Below are positions 1 through 10,368 of a stretch of DNA of 64,000 nucleotides, in pieces; the stretch's first letter is position 1, and every line of letters starts with the position of its first letter. This stretch comes from Symbiobacteriaceae bacterium (GTDB lineage Bacteria; Bacillota; Sulfobacillia; Symbiobacteriales; Symbiobacteriaceae). The notes beneath the pieces were generated by a model that did not search any database, was not told where the DNA came from, and saw only the letters and a program-made list of their open reading frames with translations. The translations under genes and the position numbers were made by a program. The DNA lies in the NCBI GenBank assembly GCA_050789255.1, contig JBOZRQ010000035.1, positions 282 through 64,281 on the forward strand, written 5' to 3'.

Positions 1-245
1 CCGGACGTCCCCCGGTACGCGATGTACCGGCCCGGGCGGTACTCGGTTACAATGCTGTCCGCCGAGAAGCCGAGCCCCAGGAGCCGGAACTGCCAGCGGT
101 ACCGGGCGCCTACCCCGCCGGCGGGGCTCAGTCTGGTCAGCCGCGGCCCGCCAAGGGGCAGCAGCGGCAGCGACGGCGACTCGATGACCTGAAAGAGCAC
201 CTCCGGCGGCGCCGCCACGGTGATGCTGGCGGTCAGACGAGGCAT
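1..245 (-). CDS. SRPBCC (START/polyketide-cyclase-like) family protein, N-terminal part only; the rest lies beyond the window start
   Basis: Not in the ORF track because it runs off the window. Manual reverse translation from the ATG at 245-243 gives MPRLTASITVAAPPEVLFQVIESP...YRWQFRLLGLGFSADSIVTEYRPGRYIAYRG, an SRPBCC-like N-terminus. An AAGGGGGA SD lies about 7 nt upstream. Confidence 0.4.
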   Translation of the reverse strand, partial: MPRLTASITVAAPPEVLFQVIESPSLPLLPLGGPRLTRLSPAGGVGARYRWQFRLLGLGFSADSIVTEYRPGRYIAYRGTS

Positions 246-331
246 GGCACCATCCCCCTTGCCTCGGGTTCCTCTCTTTCAGTATAGCACCGGTGCCCTG
301 GTCATTTCCTCAGAGATTTTCAGAAATTTTC

Positions 332-499
332 CTAGACACCGCGAGGCGCCACCCGGTAGAGCTCGTGGATCGCCTGGACCATGCGGTCCTGCAGCCGCGG
401 GATCTGCGGGTCGTAAGGATCGAGGGTCTGAAGCGCCTCGATCTCCTCCTGCAGGGCCTCGATGTTCTCGGCCATGGTCGCCACGTCGTTGCGAATCAC
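332..499 (-). CDS. hypothetical small protein (55 aa)
   Basis: Below the track length cut-off. Manual translation gives VIRNDVATMAENIEALQEEIEALQTLDPYDPQIPRLQDRMVQAIHELYRVAPRGV. The GTG start overlaps the TGA stop of the upstream small ORF (GTGA), and third codon positions are G/C-rich. Confidence 0.3.
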   Translation of the reverse strand: MIRNDVATMAENIEALQEEIEALQTLDPYDPQIPRLQDRMVQAIHELYRVAPRGV

Positions 500-663
500 C
501 GCCGGGAGCCCCGCTTCGGCGCCAGCTGCGGGGCGCCCAGTTCGGAGTCGTCCGGGTTGTCCATGGCCACTAGGGAGTCCACGCCGTGGTCAAGGTACGT
601 CTTCGGCGCCTTCTGCTCCTGCTGCGCCTTCTCAGCCTGGGTCTGTTTGCGCTGCTGTTCCAT
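496..663 (-). CDS. hypothetical small protein (55 aa)
   Basis: Internal ATG of track ORF 496..765. An AAGGAGGGTG SD lies about 10 nt upstream of the ATG at 663. Sequence: MEQQRKQTQAEKAQQEQKAPKTYLDHGVDSLVAMDNPDDSELGAPQLAPKRGSRR. Confidence 0.35.
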   Translation of the reverse strand: MEQQRKQTQAEKAQQEQKAPKTYLDHGVDSLVAMDNPDDSELGAPQLAPKRGSRR

Positions 664-710
664 CAAGATCAACCACCCTCCTTGCAGTAGCCATAGGTTG
701 CCCAACCGCA

Positions 711-739
711 AGAAAATAGACGCCCGCTTCGCAGGCGTC
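711..739 (-). terminator. putative intrinsic terminator
   Basis: GACGCC (719-724) pairs with GGCGTC (734-739). On the minus strand the hairpin is followed by TATTTTCTT. It lies just downstream of the 758..1172 reading frames. Confidence 0.4.
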
Positions 740-757
740 CTTCCTTTATTGCTATGG

Positions 758-1172
758 TCACGCAACCACGGGGATCTCGGCTGCGCGCAACTCTCGCCGA
801 ATCAACTCGGCCTCGGCCAACAGCTCGGCACGCTTGGGTTCGCTGGCAGACTGCCATTCGCTGAGAATGTGGCTCAACCGCTTGCAGAGGATCTCGGCCC
901 GCCATTCACTCACCGCCCCCACCTCCCCGTGCGAGGGCGACAGGTGCAGCAGGTCCGGCGATGCGAAGTGCGGCGCCCGGCCCCGAAATCGCGTAGGCAG
1001 AGGCCATCAGCACGCAGGATTCCCCGGCGTGTACCTCCCCGACGACCTCCAGGACACCGGTGAAGCTTGGATGGTCCCAGCTGAACTCCTGGGCGGCCCA
1101 GTCAGGGCGAACGGAGGCAAGAATGCTGCAGCGGCAATCCCAAACGTAGTGCGACGAACGTTCTGCGTACAT
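758..1172 (-). pseudogene. hypothetical protein gene split over two reading frames (apparent frameshift)
   Basis: Track ORF 906..1172 (MYAERSSHYVWDCRC...AYAISG) continues sensibly only in another frame: RAPHFASPDLLHLSPSHGEVGAVSEWRAEILCKRLSHILSEWQSASEPKRAELLAEAELIRRELRAAEIPVVA*, stop at 758. The switch falls near the G/C run CGGGGCCGGGCG. The total span is not a multiple of 3. Confidence 0.3.
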
Positions 1173-1257
1173 GGCCGTCCCCCCGCAAGGGAGCTAGTAC
1201 CCACAATGTACGGTGTCCTGCTGGTCGGTGTCATCGACCGGATGGCCCAACTGCTGT

Positions 1258-1271
1258 AGGACTATAGTCCT
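1258..1271. repeat. perfect 14-bp palindrome AGGACTATAGTCCT
   Basis: Read directly. It lies about 85 nt upstream of the 1172 start in the intergenic region after the htrA terminator, so it is a candidate operator. Confidence 0.3.
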
Positions 1272-1385
1272 CGAACTTAGTCGGGGGGAGGAAGAGCGCC
1301 CCCTCCCCCCGACACCCCCCACGCCTCAGGTATGCCCGTCGCCGGTCATGGCGCGCATGTCGCCACGACCGACTCTGCTTCGGAC

Positions 1386-1416
1386 ATAAAGAAACCGGGC
1401 CCTGTGAAGGGCCCGG
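1386..1416 (-). terminator. intrinsic terminator of htrA
   Basis: CCGGGCCC (1395-1402) pairs with GGGCCCGG (1409-1416) around a 6-nt loop. On the minus strand it is followed by TTTCTTTAT, immediately after the htrA stop at 1431. Confidence 0.7.
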
Positions 1417-1430
1417 TGTGGCAGGATGCT

Positions 1431-2741
1431 CTACTCGTCGCCGGTGGTGGTCAGGTTGTCGGGCCGGGCGCCCATGGTGGCGGTGACCGTCAGGCGCTGC
1501 TTGTCACGCAGGACGGTGAGCGTCACGGTGTCGCCGACCTTCTTGGTCTTCAGGTACTCCACCAGCTCGTCAGAGGTCTTGATCTGCTTGCCGTCCGCCT
1601 CCACGATGACGTCGGCGGAGACCACCCCGCCTGTGCGGCGGCTGACCAGCGGATCCTTCAGGCCAGCCTTGGCGGCGGGGCTGTCACGATAGACCGTATC
1701 AACATACGCGCCTTCCTTGACGTTGAGGCCGAGCTCTTCAGCAATGTCAGCGTCCACCGTGCCCAGCTTGACGCCCAGCCAGGCGTACTCCACCTTGCCG
1801 CCGGCGAGCAGGGTCGGCAGGACCCGCTTGGCGGTGTTGACCGGGACGGCGAAACCGATGCCCACCGAGCCGTTGGTCGGGCTCTCGATGGCGGTATTGA
1901 TGCCGATGACCTCGCCGCGGCCGTTCAGCAGCGGGCCGCCGGAGTTACCGGGGTTGATGGAGGCGTCGGTCTGGATGGCGCCGCCGATGGACCAGGGGTT
2001 GTTCGCTTCCACGATGGTGCGCTCAAGCCCGGAGACGATGCCGGCCGTCACGGTGAACTCCTGGCCGAACGGGGAGCCGATGGCGATCGCCAGCTCGCCG
2101 ACCTCCACAGCGTCGGAGTCGCCCAGCGGGGCGGCGACCAGGGAGCGGTTGCCGGGATCGACCTTGATGACCGCCAGGTCGGTGTAGCGGTCACCGCTCA
2201 CGACTGTGGCGGGCAGGACAGTATCGTCAACGAACTTGACGTCGATCTTGGTGGCGCCGTTGATTACATGATAGTTGGTCAGGATATAGCCGCGGGGGTC
2301 AACCACAAACCCGGAGCCCGAACCTTGAGTAACTGCGCGGCCACTGCGGCCGGAAACGGCGATCCGTACCACCGAGGGACTGATCCGCCGGTAGACGGAC
2401 GGAACGACGCTGGTGCCCGACTCCATGGGGGTCTGAGCGACGGTCTTGACACTGCTGCTTTTTGCTTCAGTAAAGCCAATGGGGGTCTGGTTCAAATACT
2501 GCCGGGCGATGCCAAAGGTCGTGGCGCTCCCGATGCCCGCACCGACCGCAACCAGGGCAGCGGCGGCGGCGAGCATCTTCCAGCCCGACCGCTTCGCCAC
2601 CGGCGCCGCAGGGGTAGGTTCCGCGAACTCGACGGCCGGGGCCACCTCGGTGTGATCCACCGGGGCCGGAATTTCGGGAAGCTCCATCGAGGGATCCTGA
2701 GGCGTCATATCCTTTTCCTTTTCATCAAACTCGTTCGCCAT
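1431..2741 (-). CDS. htrA: HtrA/DegP-family serine protease with N-terminal membrane anchor and C-terminal PDZ domain
   Basis: 436-aa ORF with trypsin-fold motifs (TNYHV, DLAVIK, GNSGGPLLN) and a PDZ-like C-terminus. A GGGAGGGAG SD precedes the start. Confidence 0.9.
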   Translation of the reverse strand: MANEFDEKEKDMTPQDPSMELPEIPAPVDHTEVAPAVEFAEPTPAAPVAKRSGWKMLAAAAALVAVGAGIGSATTFGIARQYLNQTPIGFTEAKSSSVKTVAQTPMESGTSVVPSVYRRISPSVVRIAVSGRSGRAVTQGSGSGFVVDPRGYILTNYHVINGATKIDVKFVDDTVLPATVVSGDRYTDLAVIKVDPGNRSLVAAPLGDSDAVEVGELAIAIGSPFGQEFTVTAGIVSGLERTIVEANNPWSIGGAIQTDASINPGNSGGPLLNGRGEVIGINTAIESPTNGSVGIGFAVPVNTAKRVLPTLLAGGKVEYAWLGVKLGTVDADIAEELGLNVKEGAYVDTVYRDSPAAKAGLKDPLVSRRTGGVVSADVIVEADGKQIKTSDELVEYLKTKKVGDTVTLTVLRDKQRLTVTATMGARPDNLTTTGDE

Positions 2742-2835
2742 AGTGAACTCCCTCCCTAATAGAAGTAGAAGATAACCTTCACTCGTATCGTGAGGGTTTA
2801 CGCTGAAACGTATGTTAAAGAAACCTGAGACTTCG

Positions 2836-4200
2836 CTAAGAATTTTGGGTCCGGTGGATGGGCAGCCACAGGCTGAAGGTGCTGCCCTTGCCCGGGTCGC
2901 TCTCGGCGGTCAACTGCCCGCCGTGGACCCCGGCGATCCAGCGGGCGATGGCCAGACCCAGCCCTGTGCCCCCCCGGCCCCGCGCCCGGTCGGCCCGGTA
3001 GAACCGCTCGAAGATATGGGGCAGGTCCTGCGGGGGGATGCCAATGCCCGTATCGACCACCTGAATGACCACGCCGTCGTTGCGGCGCCCGGCTCGCACG
3101 GTGACCGAGCCGCTGGGCGTGTACTTAAACGCGTTGTCGATCAGGATCAGGATCACCCGGACCAACCACTCCCCGTTGGCCAGGACCGTGATGCGGTCCA
3201 AGGCTTCGGGCAGCTCGGTGCAGAATTCGACCTCGTGGGGCAGGGCGCCCGCCTTCCGGCAGGCCTCGGTCACCAGGGGACCCAGCGCTACCGCCTTCAG
3301 ATCGGGGTTCTGCCCGGCATCCGCCCTGGCCATGGTGAGTAGCTCCTCAATCAGGCGGGTCATGCGCTCGGCCTCGGAGGACATGTCGGCCAGCGCCTCC
3401 CGGTCGAGGGTGCCCGCCTTCTGCATGTAGTCGATGTTGCCGCGGATGATAGTCAGCGGGGTGCGCAGCTCGTGGGAGGCGTCCGCCACGAAGCGCTGCT
3501 GCGCATCCATGGAGGCGGCCAGGCGCCCGTACAGGCCCTGGAGCTGATCGAGCATGTCGTTAAAGGTGGAGACGAGCATACCCACCTCATCGTCGGCGGA
3601 GGAGCCAGGCACACGAAGGCTTAGATCTGCCGATTCGCTGATCTCCCGGGCCGCCTTGGCCACCTGCTCGATCGGGGCGATGGCACGTCGGGCTACCCAG
3701 AACGCGGCCACGCCGGTCAGCGCCAGCAGGCCCAGCGCTCCTGTGATCAGGGGGAGCCGCAGCCGCTGGTTTGCCTCGTTGACCACCTGCATGACGTAGG
3801 CCACCTGCACGTAGAAGAGCGGCTCGCCGCTGCTCATAATAGGGAGAGTGTAGAGCCGATACTCGGGGCCGGACACGAAGCGTTCAAAGGTGAACACCGC
3901 CTCGCCTTCCCTGGACACCGGCGGAATTGGGAAAAGGCCCTCGAAGTTGGTGGTCCTGGCAAGCACGTGGTCGGGCGTTCTAACCAAGTAGAAAATCGAT
4001 TGGTCCGTTAGTCCCAGCTTTGGAGCGTCCCCGCGTTCAATGTAGTACATAGCAATCCGGGTGGCGAGCTGCTCCATATTCTTGTCGATGGTCTGGACAG
4101 ATACCCAGCGGAAGGCGGCGTAAAGGCTGGTGCTAAAGAGCAAGAGCGCCACCGCCAACAGGCTCGTATAGAGGATGGTGAGCCTTACCCGAATGGTCAC
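2836..4200 (-). CDS. sensor histidine kinase (2 TM, HAMP, HisKA, HATPase_c)
   Basis: H-box ASHELRTPLTIIRGN, with N/G1/G2 boxes (IDNAFKYT, DTGIGI, GTGLGLAI). It lies directly downstream of the response regulator. Confidence 0.9.
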   Translation of the reverse strand: MTIRVRLTILYTSLLAVALLLFSTSLYAAFRWVSVQTIDKNMEQLATRIAMYYIERGDAPKLGLTDQSIFYLVRTPDHVLARTTNFEGLFPIPPVSREGEAVFTFERFVSGPEYRLYTLPIMSSGEPLFYVQVAYVMQVVNEANQRLRLPLITGALGLLALTGVAAFWVARRAIAPIEQVAKAAREISESADLSLRVPGSSADDEVGMLVSTFNDMLDQLQGLYGRLAASMDAQQRFVADASHELRTPLTIIRGNIDYMQKAGTLDREALADMSSEAERMTRLIEELLTMARADAGQNPDLKAVALGPLVTEACRKAGALPHEVEFCTELPEALDRITVLANGEWLVRVILILIDNAFKYTPSGSVTVRAGRRNDGVVIQVVDTGIGIPPQDLPHIFERFYRADRARGRGGTGLGLAIARWIAGVHGGQLTAESDPGKGSTFSLWLPIHRTQNS

Positions 4201-4207
4201 GGCTCCC

Positions 4208-4900
4208 TCACTCCTTCAGCACGTATCCGACGCCCCGGACGGTCTGGATCAGCCGGGGCTCCCCGGCGGCCTCCAGCTTCTGGCGCAGATACCCGACGTA
4301 GACCTCCAGCACGTTGCTCTCGCCGGTGTAGTCGTACCCCCACACTTTCTCCATGAGGGTGTCCCGGGTGAGAACCTGCCGGGGATGGGCCATAAACAGG
4401 GCCAGAAGTTCGTACTCTTTGGCGGTCAGGTCGATGAGGCGGTCGCCCCGCTTTACTTCCCGGCTGCCGGTGTCCATGACTAGGTCGGAATAATGGAAAA
4501 CGGGGGAGCGGCTCTCCTCGGGCGGGGCAGAATCCCGGCGGCGGCGCAGGAGCGCCCGCACCCGGGCGAGCAACTCCTCCAGGGCGAAGGGCTTCACCAG
4601 GTAGTCGTCGGCTCCGGTATCCAGGCCCTTCACCCGGTCCGACAGGGCGTCCCGGGCGGTGAGCATGAGGATGGGCATGCTCTCCCCGGCGGCTCGGACC
4701 CGCCGGCACACTTCAAGGCCGTCGACCCCGGGCATCATAATATCAAGGATGATCAGGTCCGGCGGCTGCTCCGCCACCAGGCGCAGTCCGTCGATGCCGC
4801 CGTTCGCAACGCTGACCTCGTACCCTTCCAGGACCAGGCTGCGCCGGAGGAACGAGGTGATCTTGGCGTCGTCGTCGATCACTAGGATTTTAGCTGCCAT
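4208..4900 (-). CDS. OmpR/PhoB-family response regulator
   Basis: Track ORF 4208..5197 trimmed to the internal ATG at 4900 ([11 protein letters not shown]...). It has a receiver domain ([11 protein letters not shown]) and a winged-helix C-terminus ([12 protein letters not shown]...VRGVGY). Confidence 0.9.
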   Translation of the reverse strand: MAAKILVIDDDAKITSFLRRSLVLEGYEVSVANGGIDGLRLVAEQPPDLIILDIMMPGVDGLEVCRRVRAAGESMPILMLTARDALSDRVKGLDTGADDYLVKPFALEELLARVRALLRRRRDSAPPEESRSPVFHYSDLVMDTGSREVKRGDRLIDLTAKEYELLALFMAHPRQVLTRDTLMEKVWGYDYTGESNVLEVYVGYLRQKLEAAGEPRLIQTVRGVGYVLKE

Positions 4901-5057
4901 AGCCAATCCCCTCCACTCCCAAGGGTAACAGCCCCACACCAGACCTCGCAAGAGCCGAGCCCCTGCGATTTGGTACCGATGGCAGGAATCCACTGGTATA
5001 TGCGTAACTTTTAAAACACTAGCGCGATGAGCCTCAGCCAAGGAGGAGGAGACCCGC

Positions 5058-6023
5058 GTGCACCAGTATTCCCCCGCTCCGGCCCCCGTGCTGCTCCGCC
5101 CCATGGATATCGGTGAGGTCCTCGATACCTCCTTTAAGGTGTTCCGGTTCGCCTGGAAGCCCATGGCGATGATCAGCCTGATCAACGCTGTCCCCATGGT
5201 GCTGTTTACGGGCTACTTTCAGTCAGTCCTGGCGGTGGATACAGGCAACCCCAGCAACAGCCTTCTCCTGCAATCCCTATTGAGGGCGGGAACGGGCGAT
5301 TGGCGGGGCATCGCCACCATGATAAGTATCTACGTGGGATACATCCTGCTCTACATCCTGCTGGTGCCGCTGGTCAACGGCGCTCTGGCGACCGCCATCT
5401 GGGACGTGGTGCTGGGCAGCGCCCCCACTGCAGGGAACGCCCTGCGCCGCGCAGGGCGCAGGTATTTGGGCCTGCTGGGCACCTCGGTGCTCAAGGGAAT
5501 CCTGGCCCTCCTTCTGCTGGGGCTGCCCATCATCTCCGCAACGGAGGTGGTCAGCGATCTGCCCCCGCTGCTGCAGGGATTGCTCACAGCTCTCCTGACC
5601 CTGGCGATGCTGTGTGGCCAGGCCGCCCTGTTCATGTACACGGGCTTCACCACCCATGCGGTGGTGCTGGAGCGGGTTGGTGGCGGCCCTGCAGCCATGA
5701 AGCGCAGTTTCCGCCTGATCCGGGGCCGCTTCTGGCCGCTCCTGGGCCTAGCGCTCGTCTTCTACGCCATGATTAGCGTGCTCAGCGGCCTTGTGTCCTT
5801 GGTGGTCACCATTCCCACCGGGATTGCGGCCGCTGCCGCCGGCCAGTTCGGCCAGGTCACCTTGCTGCAAGGCCTGGGGTCCGCAATCAGCCAGATGGTC
5901 GTAATGCCCTTGCTTCTGATCGGGCACACCCTGGCTTACTTTGACACCCGGGTGCGCAAGGAGGGGCTGGATTTGGAACTGATCGCCCTGGCGCAGCGCC
6001 AGTCGGCTGTCCCCCCATCATGA
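5058..6023 (+). CDS. polytopic integral membrane protein (first gene of the MoxR/DUF58 cluster)
   Basis: 321-aa ORF with a GTG start preceded by AAGGAGGAGGAG. It has multiple hydrophobic helices and a 4-nt ATGA overlap with the next gene. Confidence 0.6.
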   Translation: MHQYSPAPAPVLLRPMDIGEVLDTSFKVFRFAWKPMAMISLINAVPMVLFTGYFQSVLAVDTGNPSNSLLLQSLLRAGTGDWRGIATMISIYVGYILLYILLVPLVNGALATAIWDVVLGSAPTAGNALRRAGRRYLGLLGTSVLKGILALLLLGLPIISATEVVSDLPPLLQGLLTALLTLAMLCGQAALFMYTGFTTHAVVLERVGGGPAAMKRSFRLIRGRFWPLLGLALVFYAMISVLSGLVSLVVTIPTGIAAAAAGQFGQVTLLQGLGSAISQMVVMPLLLIGHTLAYFDTRVRKEGLDLELIALAQRQSAVPPS

Positions 6024-7066
6024 GACGGCTGCTGCTGGCCTGCCTGATCCCCTTGCTGCTGGCGCTGCCCGGCGCCGCCCTCGCAGCGGAGAGCGTCACC
6101 CTGGCCGAGCACCTGGCCCGCCTGGAGCAGATTGCGGCCCACGTGCAGCGGGCGAAGGATACCGCCCCCGGCCCCACGGCGGTGGCTGAACTGAACGCCG
6201 CCCAGGCCCTGGCCCGGGGCGAGTGGGATGTCGCAACCCCGAGCGGCCCAGTGCATGCAGATCTGGGGCCGCTCCGCAGCCTGCTGGTCGAGGTGAACCC
6301 CGGCACGGTGGAAGGGCGCCGTGCCCTGTCCGAGGCCGCCGAGGTGGTGAACACCTACGTCGCCGGCGCCCGGGCCCTCCAGATTGGCGCTGCCCAGCCC
6401 CTCCCCGCCGATGCGCGGGACAGGCTGTCGCAGGCGCTGCGGGAGGCTGAGATCAACCGAAAGTGGTACGACCGGTTCCTGGACTGGTTCGGCACCATTC
6501 TGGGCCGCTGGTTCGGCAACCGCACGGGCGACGGGGGCCAGCCCATCACAACCCGCCCCTGGTTCTGGTGGGTGGGCGGCGGCGTTGGGTTGATCGGCCT
6601 GGTCCTCCTGAGCCGAGCCCTGATTCGCACCCTGACCGGGCACGCCCCGGGCGAGGAGGCCGCCCTGAGAGCCCGCAAGGCTCTGGCTGACCGCCCCCTC
6701 ACCCCCGCCGACCTGCGGGAGCGAGGCCGGAGCCTGGCCAGGGAGGGCGCCCACCTGGAGGCGCTCCGCACGGTCCATCTGGCGCTGCTGAAGTTCTACG
6801 ACGAGCGGGGCCTGATTCGCTACCACCCCGCCCACACCAACCGGGAGCACGAGCGTCAGGTGCGGAGCCGTTTCCCCGGAATCGCCCGCTCCTTACGCAC
6901 CCTGCACGATCTGGTCGAGGACCGGCTCTATTCCGGCCACGGCGCCACTCACGACGACTTCGCCGCTGCGGACGGCCTGGTGGAACAGCTCTGGCGAGAG
7001 GGGGATGCGGCATCGCGAAGCGCAGAGGCGACTTCTGGTCGATCATCATCGGCGCAATCGCGCTGA
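6020..7066 (+). CDS. DUF4129-like membrane protein
   Basis: Signal peptide [22 protein letters not shown], a central TM segment (WFWWVGGGVGLIGLVLL) and a C-terminal LIRYHPAHTNREHERQV segment typical of DUF4129 as I recall it. Confidence 0.55.
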   Translation: MRRLLLACLIPLLLALPGAALAAESVTLAEHLARLEQIAAHVQRAKDTAPGPTAVAELNAAQALARGEWDVATPSGPVHADLGPLRSLLVEVNPGTVEGRRALSEAAEVVNTYVAGARALQIGAAQPLPADARDRLSQALREAEINRKWYDRFLDWFGTILGRWFGNRTGDGGQPITTRPWFWWVGGGVGLIGLVLLSRALIRTLTGHAPGEEAALRARKALADRPLTPADLRERGRSLAREGAHLEALRTVHLALLKFYDERGLIRYHPAHTNREHERQVRSRFPGIARSLRTLHDLVEDRLYSGHGATHDDFAAADGLVEQLWREGDAASRSAEATSGRSSSAQSR

Positions 7067-7173
7067 TCTTCGCCTCGGCCATCATCGGCCAGAGCGATAC
7101 CTCCAAGGGCGCCGACGCCCCGCCGGGCTCCTCCTACAGCAGGCAGCCGGCCGGGCTCTCCGCCATCTACCAG

Positions 7174-8113
7174 GTGCTGGAGGGGTACGGTAGGGCTCGA
7201 CAGTGGGAGCGAACCCCGGATCAGCTGCCCGCCGACGTCTCTACACTGGTGATCTGGGATGCAGAGGAGCTTAGCCCGGATGCCTGGAGACAGGCGCTCA
7301 ACTGGGTAGCCGGGGGCAGGCGGATCGTCGCCGGCGGATGGCAGATCCCGGAGCCGTGGGCTCACGAGACCGATCTGACCGGGGCCGTCCTCCCCAGTTC
7401 GGCATCACCGCTCACGGTGGGGCTGGGCCAACTATCTATGGGCGGCGGCGGCTTCTCGAGGATGAATAAGGCGGCCACAGTCCACCTGGCCCGGGAGGAC
7501 GGCACGCCCGTCCTGGTCAGCTGGGCGCACCGGGACGGCCGCATTTACTGGTCGGCCGATCCAGAATGGCTGACCAACGCCCGCATCGGGGAAGGGGACA
7601 ACCTGACCCTGGCCCTCCGCCTGCTGGATGGCGGCGGCGTGGTCGCCTTTGACGAGTACAGCCACGGCTTCAGGGCGGCCCAGCAGTGGTGGCAGATCCT
7701 GCGTGGACCGCTACTGCGCTTCACCATCCAACTGGCCGTCGCCCTGGCGCTGCTTTTCTGGGCCTTCGGCGCCCGCTTTGGCTCCCCGCGCCAGGCACTG
7801 GCGGCGACGCCCCGGGCCGCCGTCGAATATGTCTACTCCATGAGCCACCTCTACCGGCAGGCTCGGGCACGGAAAATGGTCTCCCGGGAGCTCTACCGCA
7901 GCCTGACGCGGACGCTGGGCCGCCTGCTGGGCGGGGTCCGCGGCATCTCACACGTGGAGCTTGCGCGCCGGACCGCCGAGCGGACCGGCCTGGAGACCGA
8001 GAAGGTTGCCACGGTCCTGAACCGCCTCACCCCGGAGCAGGGGGCCGAGCTGAATGAGAAAGACCTGATCGCCACCGCCCGCGAGGTCGAGGAGATCCAA
8101 AGGAGAGTGCGCA

Positions 8114-8136
<23 letters not shown>
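7174..8136 (+). CDS. DUF4350-like protein (5' end uncertain; the coding frame clearly extends upstream)
   Basis: Track ORF from GTG 7174. The same frame stays open upstream and encodes KRRGDFWSIIIGAIALIFASAIIG...GLSAIYQVLEGYG, a signal-anchor, but contains no ATG/GTG/TTG there. Confidence 0.6.
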
Positions 8137-9069
<933 letters not shown>

Positions 9070-9070
<1 letters not shown>

Positions 9071-10368
9071 TGCGGGCCGCGCCGACACCCCGGCTGGTCC
9101 TGGCCGCTGTGCTGGCCGGCCTGCCGGCAGTCTTTGACGGCTGGCTGTGGCTGAGCACCGGGCTGAACGTGGTGCTGATCGTCCTGGCCGCTATTGACCT
9201 GTTCGTCTCGGGGCGCCGCCGTTTCGAGGCGGTCCGGCAGACCGGGAGCGTGCTCTCGCTCGGGGCGGAGAACCCCATCCGCATCCAGGTGCGCTCCGTC
9301 GGGCGCCCGGTGGATCTGGAGCTGAAGGACGACCTGCCGTTTTACTGGGAGCTGGTAGGCGGGTGGCCCAAGATACATCTGAGCGGCACCAGCGAGTGGA
9401 CTGCGGCAGAGTACCGGATCAAGCCGGTCCGGCGGGGGCTCTTCGGCATGAACATGCTGCACGGCCGCTACCTGAGCCCCCTGGGCCTCTGGCGGCGGCG
9501 CCTCGTCTGGCCGCTGCCCGAGGCGGTGCGGGTTTACCCGAACCTGATCCCGGCCCGCCAGTGGGAGATCGCCATTCGCCAGGGCAAGCACCTGGAGGGG
9601 CTGAAGCGCTCCCGCCTGCGGGGCACCGGCACCGACTTTGAGTCGCTGCGGGAGTACCAGCCCGGGGATCAGTACCGGGCGATCAACTGGTCCGCCACAG
9701 CCCGGCAGGGCAAGCTGGTCACCACCCTCTATCAGATCGACCGCAGCCAGCCGGTGATGCTCCTGATCGACGCCGGCCGCATGATGATCCCCCAGGTGAA
9801 CGACCTCGCCAAGCTGGACCACGCCCTGAACGCCGCCCTGCTGCTGGCCACCGTGGCCGCCGAGCGGGGCGATCAGGTCGGGCTGATGCTCTTCGGCGGC
9901 GAGGTGAAGGCGTTCATGCCGCCCCGAAAAGGGCGCGCCCAGGTGCTCTCCATGGTGGAGACGCTGTACGCTGTCTCCCCCGAGCAGGTCGAGCCGGACT
10001 ATGGCCGCATGGTCGGCTGGTTCCGGGCGAAGCACAAAAAGCGGAGCCTGGTGGTGCTCTTCACCGACATGGTTGACCCCGACGTAAACCGGGGCCTGAT
10101 TGCCAACCTGGCGCCGCTGGCGGCCCACCACCTGGTGCTGGTGGTCTGCCTGACCGACCCCGCGCTGCTGCGGCTGGCGGCCCTGGAGCCCTCCACCTCG
10201 GAGGAGCTCTACGAGAAGGCCTCGGCCCTGGAGGTGCTGGCCCAACGCACGGAAACAAAAGCACGCCTGCATAGCGCAGGCGTGACGGTGATCGATGTGC
10301 CGCCCGAGGAGTTCTCCACGGCGGTGGTCAACCAGTACTTGCTGGTCAAGGAGCAGGGGCGGCTTTAG
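9070..10368 (+). CDS. DUF58 domain protein (MoxR partner)
   Basis: Track ORF 8836..10368 trimmed to the ATG at 9070, which overlaps the moxR stop (TGATG). It has N-terminal TM helices and a DUF58-like GTDFESLREYQPGDQYRAINW motif. Confidence 0.85.

Noticed and set aside
1332-2759. 475-aa plus-strand ORF covering the htrA locus. Similar long ORFs: 8027..9088(-), 8803..10371(-), 22181..23689(+), 23665..26082(+), 36203..38440(+), 42928..44076(+), 53509..54663(-), 62175..63281(-).
   Set aside because: These are shadow ORFs typical of high-GC DNA. Their composition is Arg/Gly/Pro/Ala/His-rich and low in complexity, with no SD. Each is antisense to a gene that has unmistakable family motifs.
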